A stretch of DNA of 64,000 nt, from contig OZ244908.1 of NCBI GenBank assembly GCA_965221705.1, forward strand, positions 2,166,354 through 2,230,353. The letters are read 5' to 3'. Under the pieces are notes generated by a model. That model saw nothing but the letters and a program-made list of their open reading frames with translations. It searched no databases and had not been told where the DNA came from. The position numbers were made by a program, and so were the translations under genes. Source of the DNA: Dehalococcoidia bacterium (lineage in GTDB: Bacteria > Chloroflexota > Dehalococcoidia > Bin125). Within the stretch, counting starts at the first letter, position 1. The number at the start of each line of letters is the position of its first letter. Below, in pieces: positions 47,197 to 57,686 of the stretch.

Positions 47197-48537
47197 TCAG
47201 GTCACCGCGCCGTCACGCGCCTCGCGACCGTCAGCGAGTGTATGGGCGATCGCGATCAGTCGTTGCGCTGCGACGCGAAACGGTCGTTCTGCGCCCCAGC
47301 GCGCCGCCGCCTCGCGCTTTTCGACGATCTGCCGAGTCTCATCAGCATGCAGCGCTCGACGGATCGCCGCGGCGAACGCCTCAGCCGTTGGCTCAACAGT
47401 CCAGCCGTGCCGTTCGTCGACCGTCGCCCGAGCGCCCGCGTGCGGCGCGGCGATCACCGGCGTCCCGCTGGCCAGCGACTGAGCGATCGTCAGGCCGTAC
47501 GCCTCGTAGAAGCTCGGCGACAGAAACGCGTCAGCCGCCGCGAACAGCCGCCACTTCAGTTCGCCGCTGACGTAGCCCGGGAAGCGCACTTCCGATCGTC
47601 GCAATGACTCAGCCCTGCGTTGTAATCGGCGCTTGTACGTCGCGCCGCCCATGTAAGCCGGCGAGCCCGCGACAATCAGCTGTAGACGCTCGGCCGTAGA
47701 AGGCGACTGCCGCTCAATGACACGCAGCGCGTCAATCGCGAGTTCGATCCGCTTCTCGGGCGAGATGCGACTCAACGTCAGCAGCGTGAACCGATTGGCA
47801 TCCGCGCCGACTGCTCGCAGGGTCTCGCGCCGCAGCTCTCGCAGCGCTGGGTCAGCCTCGCCAATCACGCCCCAAGGCACGATCTCGGTGCGTTGCGCGA
47901 CGCCGCTGTCGGGATAACAGTCGGCTAACGACCGCGCGACGGGCGCCGACGGCGCGATCGGCGCATCGACATAGCGCGCCAACTCACCCTCTGTTGACCA
48001 GATCAGGCGCGCGATGTCGGGCGCTCGCTGCGTCCAACCTTGGCGTTCCGTCCAGCGCCATAGCGCCGATAAGTGACGGCCGCGAATCGGAATGCCAGTC
48101 GGCTGCGAAATGTAGCGCCGCGCGACAAACTCGCTCACGACCACGTGCAACAGCGCCATCTGTCGAAAGCCGTTGCGATGCAGTTGTTCAAACGGCGGAC
48201 CCTCCGATGTGTCATTGGCCAACACGACCGTGTCCTGTGGGTCGATATCGGCGAAGTAGCGACTCAGCGCCGACTTCCACTCCAGCGCAAAGCGGGCGTA
48301 TCCGCGAGCGTCAAGCTCGAGAATCCGGGCGGGGTCAGCGTCGGCCAAGGTCGCAACTGGGAGTGTCTGGCGGATGCCGTCCAAAGACTCCTCCCGCCCC
48401 GGCGTCAGCAGCGTGACATCGAAGTCCGACTCGATGAGATACGGGACCAGGGCCTCGAGCACGGCGACGCCGCCGCCAACAGGCGCGGCATCCGTCGCAA
48501 GCGCGCCAGTCGCACTGCAGAGCATGATTCGCGGCAT
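47197..48537 (-). CDS. glycosyltransferase family 4 (GT-B) protein
   Basis: 446 aa; N-terminal GGGVAVLEALVPYL, C-terminal EAYGLTIAQSLASGTPVIA. Confidence 0.8.
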   Translation of the reverse strand: MPRIMLCSATGALATDAAPVGGGVAVLEALVPYLIESDFDVTLLTPGREESLDGIRQTLPVATLADADPARILELDARGYARFALEWKSALSRYFADIDPQDTVVLANDTSEGPPFEQLHRNGFRQMALLHVVVSEFVARRYISQPTGIPIRGRHLSALWRWTERQGWTQRAPDIARLIWSTEGELARYVDAPIAPSAPVARSLADCYPDSGVAQRTEIVPWGVIGEADPALRELRRETLRAVGADANRFTLLTLSRISPEKRIELAIDALRVIERQSPSTAERLQLIVAGSPAYMGGATYKRRLQRRAESLRRSEVRFPGYVSGELKWRLFAAADAFLSPSFYEAYGLTIAQSLASGTPVIAAPHAGARATVDERHGWTVEPTAEAFAAAIRRALHADETRQIVEKREAAARWGAERPFRVAAQRLIAIAHTLADGREARDGAVT

Positions 48538-48636
48538 GGGTCTGAGACTATTCGCTCGACTCCCTCGGCTCCCACGGCATCGGCCCAGTTAGCCTTGAAG
48601 CGACAGGACAACGGAAGGCGAACGGAAGGCGAGCAG

Positions 48637-49578
48637 ATGCCCCTGACCTACGAGCGCCTGGACGGTCTGATGGCGGCGCAGGTGACGCCCTTCACCGAGG
48701 GCGGACGCGACGTCGACGTCGAGTGGATCGCCGCTCACATCGACTGGATGCGCACGATGGGCGTCACCGGCGTCCTCACGTTGGGCACCAACGGTGAGGG
48801 TCCATCAGTCGGCCTCGACGAGCGCCGCCGCGTCGTCGAAGCGGTGAAGTTGGCTTCCCGCGGCATCGGCGGCGGGTTGGTGGTCGTCGCTGGAGCGACC
48901 TGTCCCGCACTGCCCGACACGATCCGCGCCGCCAACGACGTGCTCGACGCGGGCGCTGACGCCGTTGCGCTGTTGCCGCCATACTTCTTCAAGAACGTCG
49001 ATAGCCAGGGCATGATCGACTGGTACTGCGCCGTGATCGAGTCGCTGCCGGCCGAAGGTCGCGCGCTGCTCTACAACATGCCGGCCCAAGCTGGTATCGA
49101 CATCCCCGATGACGTCCTCGCGACTGTGCTCGAACGACATCCCGAGCAGCTCATGGGGATCAAAGACTCAAGCGGCGACGCCGACCGCACGCGTCGCTAC
49201 ATGGCGCAGGCGCCGACGTCGGGCCCCGGCTCAGAGTTTCGAGTCATGGCTGGCAGCGACGCCGCGCACGCCGCGCTCTATCAGGCAGGTTGCGTCGGAG
49301 GCGTCTCGGGCATGGCCAACGCCGTGCCAGCGCTGGTGAAGACGATTCAGTTCGCTCATCGCGAGGGCGGCGAGCCGCAGCGTCCACAAGATCAGCTCAA
49401 CGAACTGCACGCGATTCTCAACATGTTTCCGCGCGTCGGCGCGCTCAAACAGCTGATCCAGATCACCAGTGGGCTGCCGCTTACTCACACCAGGCCGCCC
49501 TACCGCGATCTGGAGCCCGCCGAGGCGCGAGCGCTCGAAGAGGCCATCGGTCAGTATCTGATCGGTCAGGCGGACTGA
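48637..49578 (+). CDS. dihydrodipicolinate synthase/N-acetylneuraminate lyase (DapA) family protein
   Basis: 313 aa from ATG 48637; GVTGVLTLGTNGEGPSVGLDERRRVVE; preceded by direct repeat aacggaaggcga x2 containing a GGAAGG RBS. Confidence 0.75.
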   Translation: MPLTYERLDGLMAAQVTPFTEGGRDVDVEWIAAHIDWMRTMGVTGVLTLGTNGEGPSVGLDERRRVVEAVKLASRGIGGGLVVVAGATCPALPDTIRAANDVLDAGADAVALLPPYFFKNVDSQGMIDWYCAVIESLPAEGRALLYNMPAQAGIDIPDDVLATVLERHPEQLMGIKDSSGDADRTRRYMAQAPTSGPGSEFRVMAGSDAAHAALYQAGCVGGVSGMANAVPALVKTIQFAHREGGEPQRPQDQLNELHAILNMFPRVGALKQLIQITSGLPLTHTRPPYRDLEPAEARALEEAIGQYLIGQAD

Positions 49579-49623
49579 CCCGCCCTCCGCGGCTTGAGCG
49601 CTGAAGCTTGCGTGTGAGCCATC

Positions 49624-50898
49624 CTAGAAGTGGTTCATGCAGTGCATGGCGTACTCGGTCGCGAATAGATGATCGGCCGTGACCAGATCGCGGCGATGGT
49701 CGGTCTCAATCCGTCCGAGTCGATGCGCATAGCTCGCCGGCAACGCGCCCGTCGCGAGGTGTGAGAGCGTGAACACGTCCAGCGTCAGCTGCGGCGACTC
49801 GTCGACCTGGCGAATGTCGGCGCCCTCGGGTCCGACTGAGAGTTTCCAGGTCCCCTGATTCCACTCGCACAGGTCGTCGATCACGCGAAGCGTGAGCTCC
49901 GACTCGACTGCGTACCGACGGGTCATCAGCGCTCGCGGCAAGTCGACGATGCGCACCAGGATGCCGTCCGCAACCTGCACGCGCAGCGTGCGCGGATCGC
50001 GCGCGAAGTGCTGAATCGGATCGTCGGACGGCGCGTCGTTGACGTAGATACGCCAGGACAGGTCCTGGCTGGCCGCGAACTGCCACATCGCCACATAGGC
50101 CTCAGGCGTCAGCCAGCCGTACTCGCGAATCGTCATCCGATGGTCGCGCTGCCCGGCGCTGAAGTCGTTGAGCCTGCGATCCTCGGTGCTCGTGTAGACC
50201 ATGTAACCCAGCGCTTCGCCTTCTTCCTCGTAGAGCAAGACGCGCACCGGACCCTCGTGGATGTCCTCAGGCTCATCCAGCACCTCGGCCGACCACAGAT
50301 TGAGCCCACGATGCAGCAGTCCGTTTCGAGGCTGCATGTACTGGCGATACAGGTCGCGAATGACCGCGGCGTCGTCGGCGAGATCCTTGGCGTTGCTGAC
50401 GCTCAGCGTCCCAGTCGGCGTCGGCGCGTCGACGAAGTTCAGGTCATACGGGTCAATCTCATAACGGTGTCGTCGCGAACAAATGGCGTAGCCGAACCGC
50501 TGATAGATGCCAGCCTGTGACGCGTACAGCGCCGCCAACGACTGGCCGCGCTCATACTGTTCGTCCAGCGAGTGCTCCATCGCCAGCCGCAGATAGCCGC
50601 GGCGACGCTTGGTCGGGTCCGTGCCGACCGCGGTGACGCCGGCCACGTGGGCGCGTTCGCCGTTGAAGCGCATCGAAAACGGCCAGGCGCCGAACGTCGT
50701 CGCCAGCGCGCCGCGCTCAAAGACGCAGGTCGACCATTCGGGTTGCAGAAACGTGACCGGGTCACGCTTCGGATTGCCATGCTCGGCCAGAGCCAGATTG
50801 GCGATGAAGCGAAAGTCCTCCATCTCCTCTGCGTTGGCGGATCGGACCTCTACTCCGGCGGGAATATCGCGACGCGGCACGGCAATCTCCTCAGACAT
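49624..50898 (-). CDS. Eis-like GNAT family N-acetyltransferase (GNAT plus SCP2-like C-terminal domain)
   Basis: YASQAGIYQRFGYAICSRRHRYEIDPYDL and overall ~420 aa three-domain layout; start placed at MSEEIAV. Confidence 0.6.
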   Translation of the reverse strand: MSEEIAVPRRDIPAGVEVRSANAEEMEDFRFIANLALAEHGNPKRDPVTFLQPEWSTCVFERGALATTFGAWPFSMRFNGERAHVAGVTAVGTDPTKRRRGYLRLAMEHSLDEQYERGQSLAALYASQAGIYQRFGYAICSRRHRYEIDPYDLNFVDAPTPTGTLSVSNAKDLADDAAVIRDLYRQYMQPRNGLLHRGLNLWSAEVLDEPEDIHEGPVRVLLYEEEGEALGYMVYTSTEDRRLNDFSAGQRDHRMTIREYGWLTPEAYVAMWQFAASQDLSWRIYVNDAPSDDPIQHFARDPRTLRVQVADGILVRIVDLPRALMTRRYAVESELTLRVIDDLCEWNQGTWKLSVGPEGADIRQVDESPQLTLDVFTLSHLATGALPASYAHRLGRIETDHRRDLVTADHLFATEYAMHCMNHF

Positions 50899-51048
50899 GC
50901 TGCCCAGCGTGTGACCAACCTGAGCAGTGGCCATGCTGAGCGTAGCAACGAGTCGAAGCGACCGCGATTGCGCCGCCCCGGCTATCTCCCGCCGGATACG
51001 CCCTGACACGTCCTATAGTGAGTTTGGGTGGCTGGCAGGCTGAATGCC

Positions 51049-51762
51049 ATGAAGATACTCATCGCCGATGATGAACCGCACATTCGTGAGTTGGTTCGCG
51101 TCTACCTCTCCAGGGAAGGCTACGAACTCGAGTTTGCGGCCGACGGTCAGGAAGCGCTCGAAAAGGCGGTCACACTACAGCCCGACCTCGTCGTGCTCGA
51201 CCTGATGATGCCCAAGCTGGACGGCTTCGAAGTCACCAAAGGCATCCGTCAGGCTTCGGACGTGCCGATCCTGATGCTCACCGTGCGACGCGAAGACGCC
51301 GTCAAGGTGGCCGGATTCGAACTCGGCGCTGACGATTACCTGACCAAACCGTTCAATCCCAAAGAGCTGGTCGCTCGTGTCAAGGCGATTCTGCGACGCG
51401 CTGACGGCATTGCGCGCTCGGGCGTCGAGGTCGCAGTGGGCAGCTTGGTCCTGAATCGACAGTCACGAGAGGCCACGCTTGGCGACGAGGAGCTCAAGCT
51501 GCGCACCAAGGAGTTCGACCTGCTCTTCGCCCTGGCGCAGAATCTGCAGACCGTCATGTCTCGCGAGCAGCTGCTCTCGCTGGTCTGGGGCTACACCTTC
51601 AGCGGCGAGACGCGCACGGTCGATGTGCACATCAATCATCTGCGCCAGCATCTGCGTGACAGTGACCTGCAAATCGAGACGCTGCGCGGTGTGGGCTACA
51701 AACTCACCCTGCGCGATAGTCCGTCTGGGCTCGCGTTGTCGGCCCATAGCGACGCCGACTAG
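51049..51762 (+). CDS. OmpR-family two-component response regulator
   Basis: MKILIADDEPHIRELV ... LDLMMPKLDG receiver; C-terminal winged-helix (LTKPFNPKELVARVKAILRR; RTVDVHINHLRQ). Confidence 0.85.
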   Translation: MKILIADDEPHIRELVRVYLSREGYELEFAADGQEALEKAVTLQPDLVVLDLMMPKLDGFEVTKGIRQASDVPILMLTVRREDAVKVAGFELGADDYLTKPFNPKELVARVKAILRRADGIARSGVEVAVGSLVLNRQSREATLGDEELKLRTKEFDLLFALAQNLQTVMSREQLLSLVWGYTFSGETRTVDVHINHLRQHLRDSDLQIETLRGVGYKLTLRDSPSGLALSAHSDAD

Positions 51763-51795
51763 TCGCTGTTTGGCTTCCGCGACAACGCGGTCCTG

Positions 51796-53316
51796 ATGTT
51801 CGCGCTTACCCCGTTACGGTCCATCGCCGGCGCTTGGCCAACGCGACAGTTTCAGACGATTCGCTCGCGAATCTACGTCACACTGGTCGCGATCGTCGTG
51901 CTGACGCTCGTCGTCGCCGGTTTGACCAGCTTTCTGTTGCTGGGCGGCTATCAAGACCGCGTCGAGCAATCTCGTCTGCGTGAGCTGTCGACCGCCTGGG
52001 GACCGGAGCTGTTCTCCATCGACGACGAAGGCCGCACGCTCGAAGATGTGCTGGGACGCTTCGAAACAGTCGATCGGTTGGAAGGCTCGATCGTCAGCGA
52101 GCTCGATGTCGCAGTCCTGGGCTTGGACTCGGCGGGCAAGGTCGTCACCGCACTCGAGTCGGGTAATCGCTTTCTCGGTGACAACCTAAATCTCGATCTG
52201 AGCCCGCTCAACGTGAACCAGTTCGCCGAAGGTCAGCTCACGACTGCCGAAGGCGAGCGACTGAGTTACGTCGTCACGAGCCTCCCTCTCGACCAACAGC
52301 TTCGCCAGGGATACTGTTGCCTCGCTGTAGCGTTGGTCGGCGAGCCGCGCAGCGCGCTGTTGGCCGACCTGGGACCGCAGCTGCTGATCGCCGGCGTTGT
52401 CGCTCTGGTCGCCGCTTCTCTGGTCGGCTTTCTCGTCTCACGTTCCATCTATCGACCAATCCAGCGCGTCGCCGCCGCCTCTCGCAGCGTCGCCCGCGGT
52501 CAGCTGCAGCAACGCGTTGACGTAGGCGGCTCGCAGGAGGCCCAAGAGTTGGCGCGCTCGTTCAATCAGATGACCGAGGAAGTCGAACGCCAACAGACTG
52601 CGCTGCGGGACTTCTTGGCCAACGTCTCGCACGACCTGCAGACTCCGCTCACCTCGATCAATGGCTTCTCGCAGGCATTGCTCGATGACGTGGTCAAGGG
52701 CGACGAGCAGGGCAACGCCTACCGCATCATCGAAGACGAATCCCGTCGATTGCTGCGCCTGGTCGAGGGATTGCTCGACCTCTCACGGATTGAAGCGGGC
52801 CAAGTCGAGGTGGAATCGAATCCGGTCGACGTACAGTCGCTGCTCGACCATGTCGGCGACCTGTTCACTCTTCGCGCCGAGGAGCTAGATGTGCGTCTCT
52901 CGGTGCGGATCAGTGACGTGGGCGACGTGCTTGGCGACTGGGACCGACTCGACCAGGTGTTGGGCAATCTGGTCGATAACGCGCTGCGTCATACGCCGCC
53001 TGGCGGGGACGTAGAGTTGAGTGCACGCCGAGAGAGCCTGAGCAGCGTGTCGATCGCGGTCGCCGACACCGGCGTGGGCATTCCCGAAGAAGCGATTCCG
53101 AACCTCTTCGACCGCTACTACAAGTCCGACCGGCCCGGCGCGCAGGGCGGGACAGGACTCGGACTAGCGATCGCTCGCGAGCTGGTGCGCGCGCAGGGAG
53201 GCGAGATCCGCGTGTCAAGTGAGCAAGGCGTCGGAACCACGTTCCACATCGTGTTGCTGGCGGCGCGCGACCAAGAAACGGTCGTCGATGCTGAGGCTGC
53301 AACGAGCTCGACGTAG
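51796..53316 (+). CDS. sensor histidine kinase (2 TM, HAMP, HisKA, HATPase_c)
   Basis: 506 aa; H-box NVSHDLQTPLTSI, N/G boxes (NLVDNALRHTPPGG, GGTGLGLAIAREL). Confidence 0.85.
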   Translation: MFALTPLRSIAGAWPTRQFQTIRSRIYVTLVAIVVLTLVVAGLTSFLLLGGYQDRVEQSRLRELSTAWGPELFSIDDEGRTLEDVLGRFETVDRLEGSIVSELDVAVLGLDSAGKVVTALESGNRFLGDNLNLDLSPLNVNQFAEGQLTTAEGERLSYVVTSLPLDQQLRQGYCCLAVALVGEPRSALLADLGPQLLIAGVVALVAASLVGFLVSRSIYRPIQRVAAASRSVARGQLQQRVDVGGSQEAQELARSFNQMTEEVERQQTALRDFLANVSHDLQTPLTSINGFSQALLDDVVKGDEQGNAYRIIEDESRRLLRLVEGLLDLSRIEAGQVEVESNPVDVQSLLDHVGDLFTLRAEELDVRLSVRISDVGDVLGDWDRLDQVLGNLVDNALRHTPPGGDVELSARRESLSSVSIAVADTGVGIPEEAIPNLFDRYYKSDRPGAQGGTGLGLAIARELVRAQGGEIRVSSEQGVGTTFHIVLLAARDQETVVDAEAATSST

Positions 53317-54082
53317 CGCAACGGCGTTGGCGAGCGAGCGTTCGACCCGTCAATGGTCGCTGATCGGCGTGGCCGCAACGCTGTTGGCAGTCGCGTCAAT
53401 CTTGCTGGCGACGTGCGGCGAACAACCGCCGTCGCCGAGTCCGGATCCTCCCTGCATCAACATCGAAGGGGAGTGCGAGATCATCATTGATCCCGGCGAG
53501 CACCTGGTCGAAACAGATCTGGAAGTTGGCCTCGACTCTTGGCTCGAAATCCTAGACGATCCCATCCTGTCGGACTTGCCTCGGCGCAGCTTTGACGCGA
53601 GCGGCACCTTCTACGATCCGAGCGATGAATCAACGACCGACGAGTCATTCTGGCTGCACGTGTTCGCCGACGAGTCGGCCGAGTCAGGCCTGGCCTGGAT
53701 TAAGCATCTCGCTTCGCAGCCGCCTGAACTGGCCAGCTTCATCGTGCCGAGGCACGATGTCTTTGAGGCCTCGTTCGGACCTACTCCGCCGGTCGGCGCC
53801 GCTTCGGTCTCCCTCGAGCTCCTGCACGGCCACAGCGGCGGATGTTGGCGTTCGGAAGTGGTCATCTTTGTTCAGTTGAACCTGGTGATTTTTCTCAAGT
53901 CCGCGATTGAGATCACACGCGATTCGCCGACAACAACGGCCGATCAGGCAGTTGCAGGCGCGCTTCGGCAATGCGACGCGTCAAAGTCGGCAAGTCAGAT
54001 CACGGACATCGATGCGATCGCGTACAAGATCTTCAGTCAGTTGATTGTCTATGCGGAGTCGTTCAGCAACAGCGAGGACTAG
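53288..54082 (+). CDS. hypothetical acidic secreted protein, possible lipoprotein
   Basis: signal-like WSLIGVAATLLAVASILLATCGEQPP with Cys after hydrophobic stretch; D/E-rich mature region; start uncertain, overlaps kinase 3' end. Confidence 0.4.
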   Translation: MLRLQRARRSATALASERSTRQWSLIGVAATLLAVASILLATCGEQPPSPSPDPPCINIEGECEIIIDPGEHLVETDLEVGLDSWLEILDDPILSDLPRRSFDASGTFYDPSDESTTDESFWLHVFADESAESGLAWIKHLASQPPELASFIVPRHDVFEASFGPTPPVGAASVSLELLHGHSGGCWRSEVVIFVQLNLVIFLKSAIEITRDSPTTTADQAVAGALRQCDASKSASQITDIDAIAYKIFSQLIVYAESFSNSED

Positions 54083-54274
54083 CTGAGGAGTATCCGAGGG
54101 TATCCTGTGACTGTGTCAGACGACTCAGTTGGCTTCGCCGCCCTCGATCTCCCAGGCGCGCGACACTGCGCGCGCGGTTCGTTAACCTTGGGATCCAGAG
54201 TGTCATCGATGAGGATCGTGTGCGACCCGAGTAGCGGGTGGACGGAACGTTAGGGAAAGAGGGCGGAGGGGGTT

Positions 54275-55270
54275 GTGCGTCGGGTGCGAGCATTGAGTCG
54301 TCGCGAAGTGGTCCGCCTCTTGTGCTGGGCGGCGCTCTTTGTCGGTCTGGTCAGCGTGGTGTTGCGGCAAGGCGCCGCGCTCGATCCTGTCGTCTTTGCG
54401 CCGCTCAGCGGGTTGGCGGTCGTCGCTATCTTCACCCTCGCCCGCGGCTGGGGCGATTGGGGCATCCTCGTCGCATATCTGGTGGCGATGTTCTTCTTCA
54501 TTCAGCTGCGCGACGCGGCAGACGAAACCGGCTTGCGCACGCTCACGGTCTATGTGCTCGACTGGGAATTGTGGATGTTCGCCGGCGTTACGCCCTCCGC
54601 CTGGCTGCAGGCGCGGATCGGCGGCGCCGCCGCAGACCCGGGCTGGCCCGCCTACTTCTCGGCCTTCATTCACTGGACGTGGTTCGTCTTCCCTCACGCA
54701 GCCGTGCTCGGCGTCTGGTTGTTCGCTCGCAAGTACGCCTGGCGCGCCACCATCATCGTCGCGCTGACCTTCTATGTGGGCGTGTTGCTCTACTTCACCG
54801 TGCCGACGGCGCCGCCCTGGATGGCCGCCGAACAAGGCCTCGTAGAAGGCGTCGTTCGCGGGATGAACGCCGTCGGTCCAGCGATTCTGGGCGTCGAGTT
54901 CTACAACTGGGCCTTCGCCACCATGGCTGAGCCGAACCCGACGGCGGCGATGCCATCGCTGCATTTCGCCGCCTCATTCGTCGTCGTCGGCGTAGGCATC
55001 GTCCTGCGCTCGCGGCTCCTCGTCGGCGTCGCGGTGATGTACTCGTTGGCGCTGACCTTCTCCCTCGTCTACCTCGGCGAGCACTACATCGCCGACATTC
55101 TCGCCGGCGGCGTCGTGGCGCTGTTCGCCGTCTGCGCCGTTGAGGGCGGACGATTCGCGCAGGCGCAGCTCATACTGCGTCGCGAACAGCTCACCGAGCG
55201 CGGACAGCGAGTCGCGCAGTGGCTGCGCGAAGCGCTGCGTCTGCCGCCGTCGCGGATCGAGGCCGGCTAG
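54275..55270 (+). CDS. PAP2 superfamily membrane protein (inositol-phosphorylceramide-synthase-like phosphatase/phosphotransferase)
   Basis: multi-TM; PSLH and SLVYLGEHYIADIL motifs corresponding to PAP2 C2/C3 (PSGH, SRxxxxxHxxxD). Confidence 0.6.
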   Translation: MRRVRALSRREVVRLLCWAALFVGLVSVVLRQGAALDPVVFAPLSGLAVVAIFTLARGWGDWGILVAYLVAMFFFIQLRDAADETGLRTLTVYVLDWELWMFAGVTPSAWLQARIGGAAADPGWPAYFSAFIHWTWFVFPHAAVLGVWLFARKYAWRATIIVALTFYVGVLLYFTVPTAPPWMAAEQGLVEGVVRGMNAVGPAILGVEFYNWAFATMAEPNPTAAMPSLHFAASFVVVGVGIVLRSRLLVGVAVMYSLALTFSLVYLGEHYIADILAGGVVALFAVCAVEGGRFAQAQLILRREQLTERGQRVAQWLREALRLPPSRIEAG

Positions 55271-55332
55271 CCTCCGCCTGACACTCGCCTCTTACCCGTC
55301 CGACTCATGTCAGACCCACGGCGCTAGGCCAG

Positions 55333-56412
55333 ATGAACCGACGGCGAATGGTCTCGATACCATCCTGGGCCACGGGTCCAGTTGCGCGCCTCGCTCTCGG
55401 CCTGGGCGGTAGCACGCTGTTCCTCGTCCTGTTTCTGCGTAACGCAGATTTCCACGCCGTCGGCCGAGCGTTCACCGAGGTCTCAGCCTGGTGGATCGGC
55501 CCGGCGCTCGTCGTCTACTTCGCCGGTATCGCGGCCCGCGCCTGGCGCTGGCATTGGCTGCTGCTGCACATGCAGTCGATCGCCTGGTGGCGACTCTTCC
55601 CCATCGTCGCGATCGGCTTTGGCGTCAACAACGTGCTGCCCTTGCGCGCCGGCGAGTTTGTGCGTGCGCATGTGCTCTACCAACGACACGGCATCTCTCG
55701 CCTCTCGGGACTCTCCAGCATCTTCATGGCCCGCGTCTACGACGGTCTGATGCTGACCTGCTTTCTCGTGATCGGCGTCACTGCCGGCCTGATCGGTCTG
55801 TCGGGCATGACCGACGCCGGGGCGGAGCTCACGGCGGCGATGGCGTTCCTCATCTTTGGCATCATCGGCGCGTTCCTCGTCTTTGGCGTCATCGCGCGCC
55901 GACCCGCTGATGCCGAGCGCCTCATCGCCAGACTCCTGGCCGCCTTCGCCCGTCGCATCCCCGGACAGTCCGAGCGTGAGTGGGCCTGGCTGCAACCGAT
56001 GATCGAGGGCATGTCGGCCCAGGCCAATCGCCGACAGGTCGCGGGCGCGCTCGTCGCCAGTCTGATCGCTTGGGGACTTGAGGCGCTGATGTACTGGATG
56101 GTGGGCCAGGCCTTCGGTCTCGGTCTGCCGTTTCCCGTCTATCTGCTCGTCGCCGCGGCGGCCAACCTGCTGATCACCGCGCCCTCGACGGCAGGAGGCG
56201 TCGGACCGTTTGAGTGGGCGACCAAGGCGACGCTGCTGATCTGGCTGCCAACCCTGGGAGCGGTCGGCGAGCAAGGCGCCGAAGCGACCGCGGTCGCCTA
56301 CGCCGCCGTGCTGCACGCGCTCGTGATCATCCCCGTCTCGCTGGTCGGGTTGGTCACGCTCTGGATCTTCCAGGTCACTCCCGCGCGATCCGAGCTACAA
56401 CCCGAGTCGTAG
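55333..56412 (+). CDS. lysylphosphatidylglycerol-synthase transmembrane-region-like (UPF0104, flippase-like) membrane protein
   Basis: 359 aa, about 8 TM; WRWHWLL ... FGVNNVLPLRAGEFVRAHVL. Confidence 0.65.
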   Translation: MNRRRMVSIPSWATGPVARLALGLGGSTLFLVLFLRNADFHAVGRAFTEVSAWWIGPALVVYFAGIAARAWRWHWLLLHMQSIAWWRLFPIVAIGFGVNNVLPLRAGEFVRAHVLYQRHGISRLSGLSSIFMARVYDGLMLTCFLVIGVTAGLIGLSGMTDAGAELTAAMAFLIFGIIGAFLVFGVIARRPADAERLIARLLAAFARRIPGQSEREWAWLQPMIEGMSAQANRRQVAGALVASLIAWGLEALMYWMVGQAFGLGLPFPVYLLVAAAANLLITAPSTAGGVGPFEWATKATLLIWLPTLGAVGEQGAEATAVAYAAVLHALVIIPVSLVGLVTLWIFQVTPARSELQPES

Positions 56413-56477
56413 CCTGATCGACCAGCGGCGCAACTGAGACCGTTGCGACGACCGTGGCAGTCGAACAGGAGACGACA

Positions 56478-57686
56478 ATGACCAGTTTGGACGGCCCGCT
56501 GGATGGGATTCGAGTCGTAGATCTCTCCGCGCTCGCTCCCGGTCCGTACTGCTCAATGCTGCTCGCCGACATGGGCGCCGAAGTGATTCTCATCGAACAG
56601 GCCGGCCGACCGCGCGGTCGACGAGATATCGCCGGGGTTGACCCCAACGAGGAGCGTCGACGCTACTCCTCCTACGCCCTGGGCCGAGGCAAGCGCTCGA
56701 TCGGACTCAACCTCAAAGACGATGACGCGCGAGCGATCTTCTACGCGCTCTCCGATGGGGCGGACGTCGTCCTCGAGGGCTTTCGCCCCGGCGTCGTCAA
56801 ACGGCTCGGCGTCGACTGGGAAACGCTGTCAGAGCGCAATCCGAGGCTTGTCTACTGTTCACTGTCCGGCTTCGGTCAGACCGGACCCTACGCATCGCAC
56901 GTCGGTCACGACATCAACTACATCGCGACGGCGGGCGCTCTGGGCATGATCGGCGACTACGCCGCTGGCGGCCGACCATCGATCCCCGTCAACATCATCG
57001 CCGACTTCGCTGGGGGAGGCCTCATGGCGGCATTCGCCATTGTCTGCGCGCTGCAAGCGCGGGAGCGCAGCGGCGCCGGCCAATACATCGACCTCGGCAT
57101 GTCGGATGGGGCGATGTCGCTGATCACCTCCGCGCTCGCCGGATACGAGGGCGCCAGCGCCGACATGAGACCGGCGCGGCACGTCCTCAACGGCGGCGAG
57201 CCGCACTATCAGGTCTACGAAACATCAGACGGCCGCTGGTTCTCGGTTGGCTCGATGGAGCCGTACTTCTACGCCAATCTATGCCGCGCTCTCGACCTGG
57301 AGCGGTTCATCGACGATCAGGGCACTGACGACCTTGACCGTCGCGAGGAGATCCGCGCCGCCTTCGCGGCGGCGTTCAAGACACGCAGCGCCGACGAGTG
57401 GCACGAGCTGCTCAATGATGTCGACGTCTGCGCGAAGCCCGTGCTGTCCTTGGAAGAGGCGCTGCAGGACGAGCACAACATCGCGCGGGACATGGTCGTG
57501 GAAGTGCCAACGCCGGACGGAGGCGTCATGCGTCAGGCGGGCGTTGCGCCCAAACTCTCAGCCACGCCTGGACGAGTCCGCAGCGGCGCTCCAAACCGCG
57601 GCCAGGACACGGACGATCTGCTGACAGCGCTTGGCTACGACGCTGATGTCATCGCATCGTTGCGCGAGCGCGAAGTCATCGCCTGA
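56478..57686 (+). CDS. CaiB/BaiF family CoA-transferase
   Basis: GIRVVDLSALAPGPYCSMLLADMGAEVILIE N-terminus; catalytic Asp region. Confidence 0.8.
   Translation: MTSLDGPLDGIRVVDLSALAPGPYCSMLLADMGAEVILIEQAGRPRGRRDIAGVDPNEERRRYSSYALGRGKRSIGLNLKDDDARAIFYALSDGADVVLEGFRPGVVKRLGVDWETLSERNPRLVYCSLSGFGQTGPYASHVGHDINYIATAGALGMIGDYAAGGRPSIPVNIIADFAGGGLMAAFAIVCALQARERSGAGQYIDLGMSDGAMSLITSALAGYEGASADMRPARHVLNGGEPHYQVYETSDGRWFSVGSMEPYFYANLCRALDLERFIDDQGTDDLDRREEIRAAFAAAFKTRSADEWHELLNDVDVCAKPVLSLEEALQDEHNIARDMVVEVPTPDGGVMRQAGVAPKLSATPGRVRSGAPNRGQDTDDLLTALGYDADVIASLREREVIA

Noticed and set aside
48073-48636. N-terminal 188-aa extension of the DapA-family ORF
   Set aside because: It overlaps the convergent GT4 gene on the other strand. 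The DapA-family similarity begins only at the ATG at 48637, which has a GGAAGG RBS.
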